Source of the DNA: Ginglymostoma cirratum
Lineage: Eukaryota
Length of the DNA stretch: 64,000 nt
Direction of reading: 5' to 3'
Assembly (NCBI GenBank): GCA_024137785.1
Contig: JAHRHZ010000069.1
Span: 11,640,653-11,704,652 of the forward strand
Each line of letters opens with the position of its first letter. Position 1 is the stretch's first letter. Made by a program: the position numbers and the translations under genes. The notes beneath the pieces were generated by a model. That model had not been told where the DNA came from, searched no databases, and was given only the letters and a program-made list of their open reading frames with translations. Positions 1-12,760 of the stretch are shown one piece after another.

Positions 1-1965
1 ATTGTTGGAAAAACTCATCTTGTTCACTAACGTCCTTAAGTGAGGGAAATGCGTTGTCCTTACGCAATCTGTCTCTATGTGACTGCAGAGCCATAGCAAT
101 GTAATTAATTGTTAACTGCACTTGTATTTAAATGCTGAAATGTCTAAAGAGAGGAGTGAGACAGGACAGACCACCCAGCACTGGAAACAACAAGAACACA
201 ACACTCTTGACCCTGCAAATTCCACCTTGGCAACACCTGAGGGCTTGTGCCAAAATTGGAAGGGCTATCCTACAGACTCGGCAAGTAACAGCCTGACACA
301 GTCATTTTCATGGAATCACACGTGACAGAAAATTTCCCAGATACCCCCGTCACTACCTCTAGGTTTGCCCTAGGCCACTGGCAGTTTTGAAGCCATATTT
401 GCTGGATTGGGGAACCAACGAAAGGGAAAAATTGACGTGACTTTGACCTCACCAATCTACCTGTTAGAGATTTCCACATGAATGGCAGTATTAGAATAAA
501 TGACCACTGCGTAATCCTTGCAAGGATAAGATTCTGACTTTATGGCGAGGATATCATTCATCATGTAGTGTGGCACTGCCACAGTGCTAAATGGGACAGA
601 GTGCAGGAGGACATGTCAGGAGCAGTGCCAGGCATACCTAAAAATGAGGTGTCAACTTGGTGAAGCTATAACACAGGACTACTTGCAAGCTGAGCAGCTT
701 AAACAGCAAGGGGCAGACAGAGCTAAGTGAGTCTGCAGATCCAAGGTTTGACCACATCAAGTTATGATGGTAAAGTTCATCATGTCACTGTAAAGGACAC
801 AGGTGAAGTATTTGAACCATCTTTGGGCAGAAGTACCAAGTGGCTGGTCAATCTCTGCATCCTCCTTTGGGTCCAACATTACTGTTGTTAGTCTTCAACC
901 AATTGAATTCATTCCATGCATTATCAAGAAATGGCTGAGGTTACTTGATACTGCAAAGGCTATAGTCCTGTCAACATTTTAGCAATAGCCCTGAAGATTT
1001 GTGTGCCAGAACTATCCATGACCCCAGCCAAGTTGTTCCGGTACAGCTACAACACTGACTCACCCTCTCAGTAATGTGGTAAAGTGCTGAACGTTATCAA
1101 TCTATCCTCAATCAACGGTGCCATCAAGCAGCATTTGCAGATGAATAAGCTGCTTAATGACACTCAGTTTGAAATCTGCCAGGGCCACGCAGATCCTGAC
1201 CCACATTACAGCCTTGGTCCAAGCATGGACTGAAAGTGGTGGACTCTCGAGGTCAGGTGAAAACAGAAAACTCTGTTGGTTGGAAGCATTTCTAGCACAA
1301 AGGAAGGTGGTTGTTGTTGGAAATCATTCATCTTCAACCCCAGACCATTTCTGCAGGAGTTGCTCAGACTAATGCCTTTGACCTAACTACCCTCAGCTGT
1401 GTCATCAATAAGTTTCCCTCCATCGTAATGTCAGAAGTAGGATATTTGCTGATGATTGCTCATCATTCAATACATTTTCAAATCCTCAGATACTGATTCA
1501 GTCCATGTTTGTTTGCATCAAGACCTGTGCAGCTTCCAGTCTTGAGCTGATAAGTGGCAAATTACAGTCATGCCAGACAATGACTGACTCGAATAAAAGT
1601 GAACCTAACTATCTCCCTTTGAAATTCAAAGATATTCCCATCATTGAATATGCAACTATCAATATTCTGTGGGTTACCATTGACAAGAACCTGAACAGCT
1701 ACATAAAATTGTAGCTACAAGAGTGGGTCAGATGCAAGGAATTCTGAGGTGAGTAGCTCACTCACTTTCTTCCCAATGCCTTCCACCATCTACGAGGCAC
1801 AAGTCAGGAGTGTGATGGAATTTTCCCCACTTGCCTTGATGGGTGCAGCTTCAATAATATTCAAGATGCTTGACACTATCCAGGACAAAGCAGTCGACTT
1901 CACTTATTCCTTATCCGCCACCGTCAGCATTGAATCAATTTTCCACTGGACCACAGTTCGCGAAT
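1..1965 (+). mobile_element. Degraded non-LTR retrotransposon ('LINE-B', CR1/L2/Jockey-group-like), 5' UTR through RT C-terminus, with deletions
   Basis: Endonuclease N-terminal remnant near 240-330 (gggcttgtgccaaaattgg...aacagcctgacacagtcatt). RT C-terminus IYEAQVRSVMEFSPLALMGAAS..LDTIQDKA in ORF 1749-1997 is homologous to the copy at 2718-3517. Confidence 0.8.
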
Positions 1966-2717
1966 TCAACCAATTTGTAGCCAGTTCTGGACTTTAACAC
2001 GTCACAAGCTCACAGAGATATCAACATTCGAATAGGGAAGTCAAGCATGGCGTCGGGTTAGCAAGTTCCTTTTGGCAAAAAAACACTGAGTTTTATCCGG
2101 CATTGCTAAATTATTAGCTCACCCCACTCCATTGTGATCTATCACCACCAGAGTTTTTGATACACACACAACTGAAGATTCAGTGATCGTTTCAAAAAGG
2201 TTGACTTTGCCTATATGGCTGTGGGACTACCAGGATGTATATGAAAAGGAGCAGTCCTATCAGGTGTAGCAGGCCACACGCTATAATAGGTGTCAATGTG
2301 TGAGATGGTTGGCACATTTTGGCCAACAGTTATAGGTGGGATATGGGACCTCAAAAATAATGGTTACGGAGCTGTAGTCCAGTAACTATTTGATGTAAGT
2401 GTACAACTGGAACAGCTGTACTTAAGAAGTGCAGGAATCTCATCCTGTTCTCCATCCTTTGTACACCATTGCTTGATCATGGTGAACACAATGAGAAACA
2501 AAATGAGTTGCCCATTTCACTGTCAGGATCAAATAAAAGTTAGCAGCTTTGAAGCCAGGTCACTGCCTGTCTTCCAAGACTGAAGAGAATGCATTCTGGA
2601 AGAATAGCAAAACCCCCAGCATGACTGAATTTGTGAAGTTCAAGACATGGGGGTGAGGGAGTTGCCAAGTTGGAGAAGAACTAAATGTATTTTTAATTCT
2701 TTCATGGGATCTTTTTT

Positions 2718-3517
2718 GGCTGAGAAGTGGCAAATGACATTCGCACCACATAAATGCCAGGCAATGACCGTCACCAATGAGAGACAATCTAACCACCACC
2801 CCTTGACACTCAATGGTGTTACCGTCACTGAATCCCTGCTATCAACACCCTGGGGGTTACCATTGACCAGAAACTCAACTGGACTCACCACATTAACAGA
2901 GTGGCTACAAGAGCAGGCCAGAAGCTGGGAATACTGCGGCAAGTAACTCACCTCCTGACTCCCCAAAGCCTGTCCACCATCTACAAAGCACAAGTCAGGA
3001 GTGTGATGGAATACTCCCCACTTGCCTGGATGAGTGCAGCCCCAACAGCACTGAAGAAGCTTGACACCATCCAGGACAAAGCAGCCCACTTGACTGGCAC
3101 TACATATACAAGCATCCACTCCCTCCACCACCCACGCTTCGTAGCAGCAGTCGGTACTATATACAAGATGCACTGCAGAAATTCACCAAAGATCCTCAGA
3201 CAGCACCTTCCAAACCCACGACCACTTCCATCTAGAAGGACAAGGACAGCAGATATGTGGGAACACCACCACGTCCAAGTTCCCTTCCAAGTCCCTCACC
3301 ATCCTGACTTGGAAATATATCACCGTCACTTCATTGTCGCTGGGTCAAAATCCTGGAATTCCCTCCCTAATAGCATCGTGGGTCAACCCACAGCATGAGG
3401 ACTGCAGCGGTTTAAGAAGGCAGCTCACCACCACCTTCTCAAGGGCAACTAGGGATGGGCAAGAAATGCTGGCCAGCCAGCGACGCCCACATCCCACAAA
3501 ATGAATAGAAAAAAAAA
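2718..3517 (+). mobile_element. 5'-truncated LINE-B copy, well preserved, with A-rich tail
   Basis: ORFs 2647-2946 and 2901-3398 read AEKWQMTFAPHKCQAM...STIYKAQVRSVMEYSPLAWMSAAPT..KKLDTIQDKAA. The 3' end is gggcaactagggatgggcaagaaatgctggcc...gaatagaaaaaaaaa. Confidence 0.9.
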
Positions 3518-3544
3518 TGTGGGTGTCAGTCAAAAGAGAGCATT

Positions 3545-3895
3545 TCTAGCCCACCCTCAAATGTCCTTAAATTGAGTGGTTTGTTAGGTCATTTCAGAGG
3601 GCAGTGACAAGGGGTCAACCATGTTGCTATAGGTATGGAGGTACGTGCAAGCGAGATCATGTAAAGACAGCACATTTCCTTCACTAAAGGACATTGGTGA
3701 ACTGAATGTGTTTTTGATGAAATGCAATGATAGTTTCGTGGTCACTCTTGCTGAGACTAGCTTTCAATTCCAGATTTAATGAATAGAATTTCAATTTCCC
3801 CCAGCTGCTGCCGTGGCATTTGAACCCGATCCCAAATTGTCAACCATGTCTTCTCGATTCCCAGTCCAGTGACATTCTCACTTTGCCGTTATCTA
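3545..3895 (-). mobile_element. tRNA-headed SINE sharing sequence with the LINE-B 5' end (degraded)
   Basis: Reverse complement matches the copies at 42010-42340 and 47913-48260. Confidence 0.7.
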
Positions 3896-3901
3896 CCCAA
3901 T

Positions 3902-4235
3902 ACATAGAGTCATAGAATCCCTACAGTGTGGAAACAGGCCATTTGGCCCAACAAGTCCATACCAGCCCTCCGAAGAGCATCCCACCGAGACCCATTCCCC
4001 TATCTCTGCATTTTCCCATGTCTCACCTACCTAACCCAAACATCCCTGGACACACTACGGGCAATTTAGCATAGCCAATCCACTTAGCCTGCACATCTTT
4101 GGACTGTGGGAGGAAACCCACGCAGACACAGGGAGAATGTGCAGACTCCACACAGGCAGTTGCCTGAGGGTGGAATTGAACCTACATCCCTGGCGTTGTG
4201 AGGCAGCAGTGCTAACCACTGAGCTACCATGCCTC
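3902..4235 (-). mobile_element. HE1-type V-SINE
   Basis: Minus strand shows a tRNA-like head (gctcagtggttagcactgctgcctcaca), the V-domain (cccacagtccaaagatgtgcaggc) and the tail cacactgtagggattctatgactct. Confidence 0.9.
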
Positions 4236-5579
4236 CCATATACATGATGTACTAATGTGCATAATAAGAAAAGAAAGGTTTTGAGGAGATGTTGCACAAG
4301 ACCCCTAAATATTGTATTGCTATATTGCGAACATATGAGCTTGGTAGGCGAAGAGCATGCAATGTTGAAAACCTACCAAGAAGATCCTCCTCATCGTCTT
4401 TGCAACAATGTCTGTCTCACCACTGTAACTTTGACCTAATTGCCACCATTAGTAAACTACATCTTATTTACAGATACGAGCTTCTTACTAGACAACCAAG
4501 TGATTTTCCTCTACCACACTAGGCCAAGCAAGCCCTGAACATCCCTACACTGAAAGAGGATGGTGGTAACAAATCTATCTCAGTGGTACAGCAAGTTCAC
4601 ACAACATAATGGGCAATAGTATGGATTGCTCCTACAACAAGAGTCTATTGTCTTTGTGAACCAAACAGAGTTTCTGCCAATTCGAATTTGCTCTGTGTTC
4701 CTTTGCATTGTTGAAAAGCCTTCTCTTACCACAAAAGCTTAGAATTGAACACACCTGCTGACTGTGCAATCTCTGCCCATTTGGAGAGGTTTTGGAAGGC
4801 CTTTACGTAAGTTTGATACTCTGCAAGATGCTTTTTTTTGTTGATTTTCTGACTGTGTTCTTCATTGGCTGCTCAGCCATGGGCTGTTATTTCTTTAGCT
4901 TGTGTTCCCTCCTTCTTTGGTTTTCATGTGCATTATGCAATCCACTTCACATCCAGTCTATCCTAATGCCCCCAGATGACTCTGTCTGATTTCCTTAAAG
5001 TAAAAGGGAATGACAATGTGGACACATTTCTGCCAGTTGTCCATTATATTTCGGGTTTGGATATTGACTCACATTCTCCATTTGCTGCCGCGTCTCTGTT
5101 TCAAAATTCCTTGGACAGAAAAATGTAAGGTACTGTTCTCTCACTATTCTGTTGAAACAATGTTGACTTAATTTCAGCCGACCTGTAAGTAAGTATGGAT
5201 CAGCAAATATTCTGATTCTTTTGTGATTTTCTCATTGGTAAAACTCTGTTTCCTGCCTGAAAACGAATGACTTTCAACAGGTTTAAAAATTCAGATACTA
5301 CTATTATATTGTAATTCAGTCTTACCGATGTTATTTATGTAACAACTATGTTGCATGATGTGACACTGTCCAAAAGGCACACAAAATCTGTTGAAGTTAC
5401 TTATCTTAGCTGGAGTGGCTGTAGACTGCTACAAGTGACCTCTGCCTCAACGTTATGTTGGAGTCAAAATCAAGTTCTCTTCCTGCTCTCGATCACTGTT
5501 CAGTAACCTGATGGAAACATTAGTGTATGTGTGTCATAACATACCCGACGAGGTTGATTAAAATAACTGACTGTGCTAA

Positions 5580-5683
5580 CTGAGGGTTCTCGTGATGCAG
5601 TGGTATTGTCTCCACCTTCGGGTCAAGTCCCACTTGCTCCAGAGGTGTGTCATAACATGTCTGAGGAGGTTGATTTAAAATAT
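5580..5683 (+). mobile_element. Short tRNA-derived SINE-like element (~100-120 bp)
   Basis: gcagtggtattgtctcc...caagtcccacttgctccagaggtgtgtcataacatgtctga..ggttgat..aaaata. Similar copies lie at 11393-11515 and 20398-20515, and a partial one at 5528-5566. Confidence 0.6.
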
Positions 5684-5935
5684 TTGTGCTTTTGTAAGCC
5701 ATTTCGGAGAGACAAATTTGCAATGATGGTAACTAACATGCATATGATGAAGTTTAACTTTACCGTAAGCTCACGAGCACCTTTATGTGGCTTTAATCAT
5801 GCATGCTGTGTGTACAATTCATTTTTTTTTCTGTTTATGAAATCATTAATTTCGATGATCTTTTTCTGCACTAATGTTGTTTTTTCTGTTATCCCATGTT
5901 TTTATTTTTTGTTCACATTGTTTTGTTTGTTCCAG

Positions 5936-5989
5936 TCGTACTGACCAATCAAACAGAGTCACCTGTCAGTTACAATAATTTGTCTGCTG
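5936..5989 (+). CDS. CHL1: 54-nt cassette exon encoding the Ig2-Ig3 linker of an L1-family CAM (xVLTNQTESPVSYNNLSA)
   Basis: Long pyrimidine tract plus ttccag acceptor and a gtgagt donor. Phase 1-1, 18 codons, no stop. It joins in frame to 10715 (G|CA AAT TCA ATA AAA = ANSIK). Position and N-glycan sequons resemble the linker exons of CHL1, NRCAM and NFASC. Confidence 0.75.
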
Positions 5990-8119
5990 GTGAGTTTTTT
6001 CCCATGTTGACTGAGGTTTGCATAAGCATGAATTCGAGTAACTGCATACTAACAACTGTTTATGCTTCAAGCTTCTTTGTAGCATTCGAGACATGCCACA
6101 GACATAATTTCTGTGCATTTCCAGCCTTTTTCTGTCTAGTTTTCTAGTTCAAAATAATAGTTAATAATGGCCCTTTTTTCCATCCTTGGCATTTTTGATG
6201 TCATCAATGTATTAATTGGATCTAGTTTTTTTTTGTTAACAAACTTACTGTTTAGAACACACTTAGCACGCTTGCTGCCTCTCTGCTGCTTTGAAACAAA
6301 AACTGGAAGTCTCAGCAACCTTCTCAAGACACTGCTGACTATTCTACCATTGTGTCTCCGATTCCTGGATTGTCAATCCTTCAATCTCTTCGACAGATAG
6401 GCTCTTTTCAATGCACTCATCTTATCCTGAAAGAATAACAGAGCAAAAGAGGGTGGTTTAATTAGCTCTTTTGAAAAAAAATTGAAGATTCGTGATTTGT
6501 TGTTAAAGTTAGTCAATTGCTAGTTTCAACTAACCCAGATCAATGTTTTCTTTTCATAATGTGTTTCCAGTTCTTCATTACTTGGTTTTTTTTTATTATT
6601 GAGATATTAGTTGAGAATAATATTCATAGTAATTGAAAATGACCAAAATAGTAGCTTGTCTGTCTAACCACACAATCATGAGACCTCTTCAAACAGGGGT
6701 GTTCATAATACTCCTTGCCACTGATAGGTGGGACATTCATCTTGATAAAAGGCATCACTTTTGAAATATCACGACATTGAAGTGATGCATTTGTGCATGA
6801 AATATCTTAGAAAATAATTATCTTTAGGCTTAAAAACAAATAAAGCTTCCTAACTGTTAGAAGTACACAAATTAAATACTCCCATAAAAATTCAATACAA
6901 ATACCATCTGCCCATGTTTCTCCTACCCATGTTAAGTTATGCGTCTGATTCTTGGAGCTTAGGTATAATATTCTACATACCTGAGGGAATGCTTTAAACT
7001 GAATTAGAAACACCCCAAAGTGTGTATGCAGGGTGCTTTCTTATTTTTGTGTATAGCCCCTCTCCCAGAAATCAGCATTTATCAAGGTCTTTTGCAAGGG
7101 GCAGGAAGACGACGAACCTGGTTGCGTATATGTAGTCGTTATTACACTCTCTTTGAATTGCACATCAAGTAGCTAGCTTGCTTGTAATGTAAATGAGTGG
7201 TTTTATATGACAGTGGCAATAGATTCCAAGACATTGTGTAGTATGGTGTAATATTACAATTTGATTTTGGTGTCAACATATATAAAATAGAAATATCAGT
7301 TCATCTTAATTGACTGTCTCTGTAATTTTAATAACCTAATATTTCTGTTTCTTCAAACTACATTACTCTGGATCTTCAGAATTGATTTTGTAATACATAA
7401 AACATCATTAAATCAGCATAGTCTCACAATTATTCAGTTAAACAATTATGCCAACATATATGCAAGCATAATGATGCTCAGCAGACCTGCTGTTCACATT
7501 CACCACTCCCGAAATTACAACATAAATATTCAAGTGAAAGGCAAAGTCAATTTGCAGGAATGCTCTAGCTTCCAGTCAATTGATATTCTCATTAATGACT
7601 GTCTGGGGCAAAAATTAGAAATAACACACTTATTTTAAAAAAAAATTCCACACAGCAGCTACAAATTACAATGGTGTGTCAAATAAATCTCCCAGTATTG
7701 TGCTATTTTGAAATGATAACACTGCCTGTGAATGTTGAATGTTAATTGTGAGACTGGGTATTTTGCTTGCCGTTGTACACGACTTCCCATGTGAATCATT
7801 TGCACTGAGGCCATTTTGTTTTAGCTCGTGTATGTTCTATTCATTTCAATCAATCATCTACTATCACCCACAAAAAATGCACAGGAACACAACTTTAGTG
7901 TTACTGAAAAGAGTAATGTGTTGCCAAAGTGTTTTATCTTGCATTAATCAGGGTAAATTCGAGAATGGAAAATTTCAAATGATCACCACGGTTTACAATA
8001 CAAGATGAAAAGGTGCTGATTCATGGCAAGTTAGTTCTAATTGGCTGAGGCATTGCTATAAAAGAAGCAACAAAGTCTCCCAGACCTTCTGAATATTCCA
8101 AAAAGATGTTACTTCTATT

Positions 8120-9680
8120 TCAGAGATAGTAGGAACTGCAGATGCTGGAGAATCTGAGATAACAAGGTATAGAACTGGATGAACACAGCAGGCCAAGCAG
8201 CATCAGAGGAGCAGGAAAGCTGACGTTTCAGGTTTAGACCCTTCTTCAGAAATGGGGGAGGGAAAGGGGATTCTGAAATAAATAGGGAGAAAGGGGGAGG
8301 CGGATAGTAGATGGATAGAGGAGAAGATAGGTGGAGAGGAGACAGACAGGTAAAAGAGGCGGGGATGGAGCCAGTAAAGGTGAGTGTAGGTGGGGAGTTA
8401 GGGAGGAGATAGGTCAGTCCAGGGAGGACGGACAGGTCAAGGGGGCGGGATGAGGCTGGTAGGTAGGAGATGGGGGTGGGGCTTGAGGTGGGAGAAGGGG
8501 ATAGGTGGGAGGAAGGACAAGTTAGGGAGGCGGGGACAAGCTGGGCTGGTTTTGGGATGTGGTCGGGGGAGGGGAGATTTTGAAGCTTGTGAAGTCCACA
8601 TTGATACCATTGGGCTGCAGGGTTCCCAAGCGAAATATGAGGTGCTGTTCCTGCAACCTTTGGATGGCATCGTTGTGGCACTGCAGGAGGCCCAGGATGG
8701 ACATATTGTCTAAGGAGTGGGAGGGGGAGTTGAAATGGTTCACGACTGGGAGGTGCAGTTGTTTAGTGCGAACCGAGCGTAGGTGTTCCACAAAGCGGTC
8801 CCCAAGCCTCCGTTTGGTTTCCCCGATGTAGAGGAGACCACATCGGGAACAGTGGACACAGTATACCACATTAGCAGATGTGCAGATGAACATCTGTTTG
8901 ATGTGGAAGGCCTCCTTGGGGCCTGGGATGGGGGTGAAGGGGGAGGTGTAGGGGCAGGTGTAGCAGTTCCTGCGGTTGCAGGGAAAAGTGCCGGGTGTGG
9001 TGGGGCTGGAGGGGAGTGTGGAGCGGACAAGGGAGTCCTGGGGAGAATGGCCCCTCCTGGAAAGCAGATAAAGGTGGAGAGGGCAAAATGTCTTTGTAGT
9101 GGGGTCAGGTTGCAGATGGCGGAAGTGTTGGAGGATGATGCGTTGGATTCGGAAGTTGGTGGGGTGGTACGTGAGTATGAGGGGGATTCTGTTTTGGTTG
9201 TTATTGCGGGGAGGGGGTGTGAGGGATGAGTTGCAGGTAATGTGAGAGACACAGTCGAGGGCGTTTTCGACCACTGTGGGGGGATGTTGCGGTCCTTGAA
9301 AAACAAGGACATCTGGGGTTTCCGGGAGGGGAATGCCTCATCCAGGGAGCAGATGCGACAGAGGCCATAGAATTGGGAATAGGGGATGGCATTTTTGCAG
9401 GAAGGTGGGTGGGAGGAGGTGTATTCTAAGTAGCTGTGGGAGTCGGTAGGCTTGAAATGGATATCGGTTTCCAGGTGGATGCCAGAGATGGAGACAGAGA
9501 GGTCCAGGAGGGAGAGAGAGGTGTCAGAGATGGTCCAGGTGAATTTAAGGTTGGGGTGGAAGGTGTTAGTGAAGTGGATGAACTGTTTGAGCTCCTCATT
9601 GGAGCATGAAGCGGTGCCAATACAGTCATCGATGTAACGGAGGAAGAGGTGGGGGATAGGGCCAGTGTAGCTTTGGATTT
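8120..9680 (-). mobile_element. Penelope-like retroelement (RT C-terminus + GIY-YIG endonuclease + 3' pLTR), 5'-truncated
   Basis: ORF 8740-9726 has LFLRYIDD and FLDL-like/KPTD motifs. ORF 8522-9274 has VVYCVHCSRCGLLYIGETKRRLGDRFVEH (GIY-YIG). The frames are offset by a frameshift. Confidence 0.92.
8222..8249 (-). ncRNA. Minimal hammerhead-ribozyme-like motif in Penelope pLTR
   Basis: Minus strand reads CUGAAGA-A-GGGU(cuaa)ACCU-GAAA-CG-UC. Confidence 0.55.
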
Positions 9681-10714
9681 CTCCTTCAATGGGTTCCTCA
9701 CTGTGAATGTATAGCACTTGTATCAATCCATTTTATGAGCTCAACTGATTATCATTTATTTCACTCTGAAGCATGTTGGTATTGTTTGGAACAAAGTACT
9801 TGACAAGACAAAGACTACTGCAGAGCTTGAATTGTAGTGACAGTAACAAAAGCAGTATGTGCTCCAACACTGAAAGGTAATGTGCACAATATCTGCACTT
9901 TTGTAAGAACACCCTGCTGCAAACTCAGAAGTGCAAGGACAGCATTTTCAATAACTGTAAAGGTGACATTGGCCATGCTTTTCTTTGCATTCCATTACTA
10001 AAGCTAGAGATGTTTGTAAAATCTCCAAAATTTGTTGTCCACTTTTTTTTTGCAAAGGTGGTCACCCGAGGCTGCCTATTTGTTGAGAGTTAACTGCATT
10101 GCTGCCAGAAAGAGGCACATAGTGATGTGTTTAGGCATTAAATATTAGCCTAACTGTGATGGAATTGATTCAAACTTGGCAGGTCTTTATTGATAGTGCC
10201 TAACTTTGTCCTGTAGAACTTCCTGTTCATTAGTTTCAACTGAGTACCGAATAGTGTGAAAGGCATTTTACTCTGCAAGTATTTTATAATTTTAGAGTGC
10301 CAGTGTACCGCGGTGATTTGCTGGTATACATCTGGTACATGTCCTTCATACAATAATGTCTACATAGCATCGCTGTTTGATCGGAAAGTCAAAGATTGTC
10401 AAATAATAATATGAAACTATTTAACTTCCAAACAAAGTACTGAAACAGTAAAATAGTGTGGAAATTCGGTAAAGATCAAACACAATTTTGACTTTACAGG
10501 CTCCGACTGATTTTATTTCTGTTTCTGCTCTGCTGAACTTCTCAGCCAAGCATTAACCAAATTAACTTAATGGCTTGCTTTCACTTTTCCCTTTCTTTGA
10601 CTTTTGTTTAATTAGTTAAACTTCTTATCAAAGTTTAACAATGCTCTCAATAAAAATCAACATTTATCCTTTCACCTAACGTCAAATTCAAATTGAATTC
10701 TGTTACGTTTGCAG

Positions 10715-10826
10715 CAAATTCAATAAAAGATCGACCGCCAAGATTTCTAACGCCTTCTGGCAGCAGCTCAAAGATTATTGCCTTGCGAGGTGAAACTCTT
10801 CAATTGGAATGTATTGCTGAAGGCCT
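10715..10826 (+). CDS. CHL1: L1-family CAM exon, Ig3 N-half ([38 protein letters not shown])
   Basis: tttgcag acceptor, gtaagt donor, 112 nt, phase 1-2. LECIAEG is typical of the L1 family, and ANSIK matches CHL1 as recalled. Confidence 0.92.
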
Positions 10827-10954
10827 GTAAGTAACAAAGCAAAAACACTTGAAGCAATTAATGAGCCACTTTCACTGTATGAAGCCAACAGAGATATTTC
10901 AGCCTCCCAAAATATAGTTCTGAGTGGAAATACTACACAGACTGACAAAACTGA

Positions 10955-11284
10955 TAGAGCTCCTACTGTGCAGAAAGAGGCCATTTGGCCCATTGATTCT
11001 GCGCTGACTCTCTGAAGACCATCTCACCCAGAACTTTATCCCCATATCTCTGCATTTGCTATGCTAATTCATCTAGCCTGCATATCCCTGGTCAATATGG
11101 ATAATTTAGCATGGCCAATCCACCTAATCTGCACAGTGGGAGGAAACCAGAGCACCAGGTGGAAGCCCACACAGACACAGGGAGAATGTGCAAACTCCAC
11201 ACAGACAGTTGCCTGAGGTTGGAATCAAACCTAGGTCCCTGGTTCTGTGAGGCAGCAGTGCTAAACACTGAACCACAGTGCCAT
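10955..11284 (-). mobile_element. HE1-type V-SINE
   Basis: Same head, V-domain and tail as 3902-4235. Confidence 0.85.
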
Positions 11285-11392
11285 TCAGTTGGCATGGTTT
11301 ATTTGATGTCATTATTTGTATGTAAATGTATTTTTGTGTTGGTAATTTTGGTACCTTCAACTATAATTCTGATTCGCGTAAAATATATAATT

Positions 11393-11515
11393 AAGGGATC
11401 TTCTGACACAGTGGTAGTGTCCCTGCCTCTGAGGCAGAAATTCACATTCAACCTGCCATGGAAGTGTGTCATAACGTGTCCAACCAGGTTGATGAAAAAT
11501 AATTTTAAAAATATG
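11393..11515 (+). mobile_element. Short tRNA-derived SINE-like element
   Basis: Homologous to 5580-5683 (cagtggtagtgtccct...gtgtgtcataacgtgtcc..ggttgat.aaaaata). Confidence 0.55.
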
Positions 11516-11631
11516 TGATCAGTACTTTTTGTATTGTCAACTTAACCATATATATTGTAACTCTTTTGGGCCGTGGAAGTTTGGTTTGTGTGGTCAGCTT
11601 ATATCAGAAACAGCTGCTATTTTCTTCACAG

Positions 11632-11816
11632 CCCCACACCCCAAATCACCTGGACCAAGATCGATGGTGATATGCCAAAACGTAAAGCCACTGAAGAGAA
11701 CTTCAACAAAACTTTGAAAATAGTTAATGTCACAGAACTTGATGATGGAAAATACGAATGTAAAGCCGAAAATGCATTTGGTGTGGTCAAACATGCCTTC
11801 TCCGTTACAGTGGAAG
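11632..11816 (+). CDS. CHL1: L1-family CAM exon, Ig3 C-half (PTPQITWTKIDGDMPKRKATEENFNKTLKIVNVTELDDGKYECKAENAFGVVKHAFSVTVE)
   Basis: ttcacag acceptor, gtaat donor, 185 nt, phase 2-1. I-set Ig motifs W and DxGxYxC are present. Confidence 0.95.
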
Positions 11817-12339
11817 GTAATGGATTATGTTTTTCCTTTTCATTTCTACCTTTCCATCTTCACATTAATAGAAAAATGCTTTTGAACAGTACATTAATTG
11901 AAGTTAATTAGGTTTGAATTATGACCCTCAGAGCTTTTTTTCCTTTCAAGAGATTTCTATTACTTAATGTGTCATGTCAGACATTGCTCAGTTCGAAGTA
12001 CTCTTTGATGTGATAATAATGTGTGATAGCTGATGATCTGCTCCCACAACATTACTGCAAGGTATGGGTTACATAGTACTGAAGAACTCAATGAAATTTG
12101 TTACAGGTCCTAGTATTTACTGATGTACATGACAATCACAGGCACTTGCCTGTCTGGGCTAAGCAATTCAGGTGTACTATACCATGCTTCCTGCAGTGTC
12201 TCATGCTGCAAGAGGAAAAAGCTCAGCAAGATGGAGACCGAGCGCTATACATCAATAGGGCACAGGCTGTGATAAGGTGGTGATACCATCTGCATGTAGC
12301 TTGAAAATTGTATCACAAATCTGCTGCAAGACATAACAC

Positions 12340-12760
12340 AATACTCTTGATCCTGAGTCACAGGGTTCTGAGTTCAAGTCCTGCTATAGGCTTGGAGCAC
12401 GAAGTGATCCCAGTGATATTCCATAGCAATGTTAAAAGACTGCTGTGTACAGTTAAATTGTGCATCTTTCAGATGAGATATTAAATCAAAGCCCCAGCCC
12501 CTTGTTCAGATGGATGTAAAAGGTTCTGTTTCACTATTTGAAGAGTGGGGAATATACCACAGTGACCTGGCCAATATTTATCCCTTAATCAATATCACAA
12601 ATAGATCAGTCATTATCTTGTTGCTGTTTGTGGAAGTAACTGTGAGCACATTGGCTGCCACAATAAATGCTGGCCTAGCCAGTGTTTTCATGCATGAAAA
12701 ATAAATAACAGTGATTATACTTCAAGTCCTTCATTGTCCATAAAGATCTTTGGACTACTG
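12340..12760 (+). mobile_element. DeuSINE (SacSINE1/AmnSINE-like), old copy
   Basis: Deu-domain-like core cactatttgaagag...ctggccaatatttatcccttaatcaatatcac...tcattatc..ttgctgtttgtgg...ttggctgcc, preceded by a tRNA-like ttcaagtcc head. Confidence 0.75.

Noticed and set aside
5178-5184. Possible microexon tttcag|ccgacct|gtaagt
   Set aside because: 7 nt (or 11 nt with the second donor) would shift the frame, and there is no homology support.
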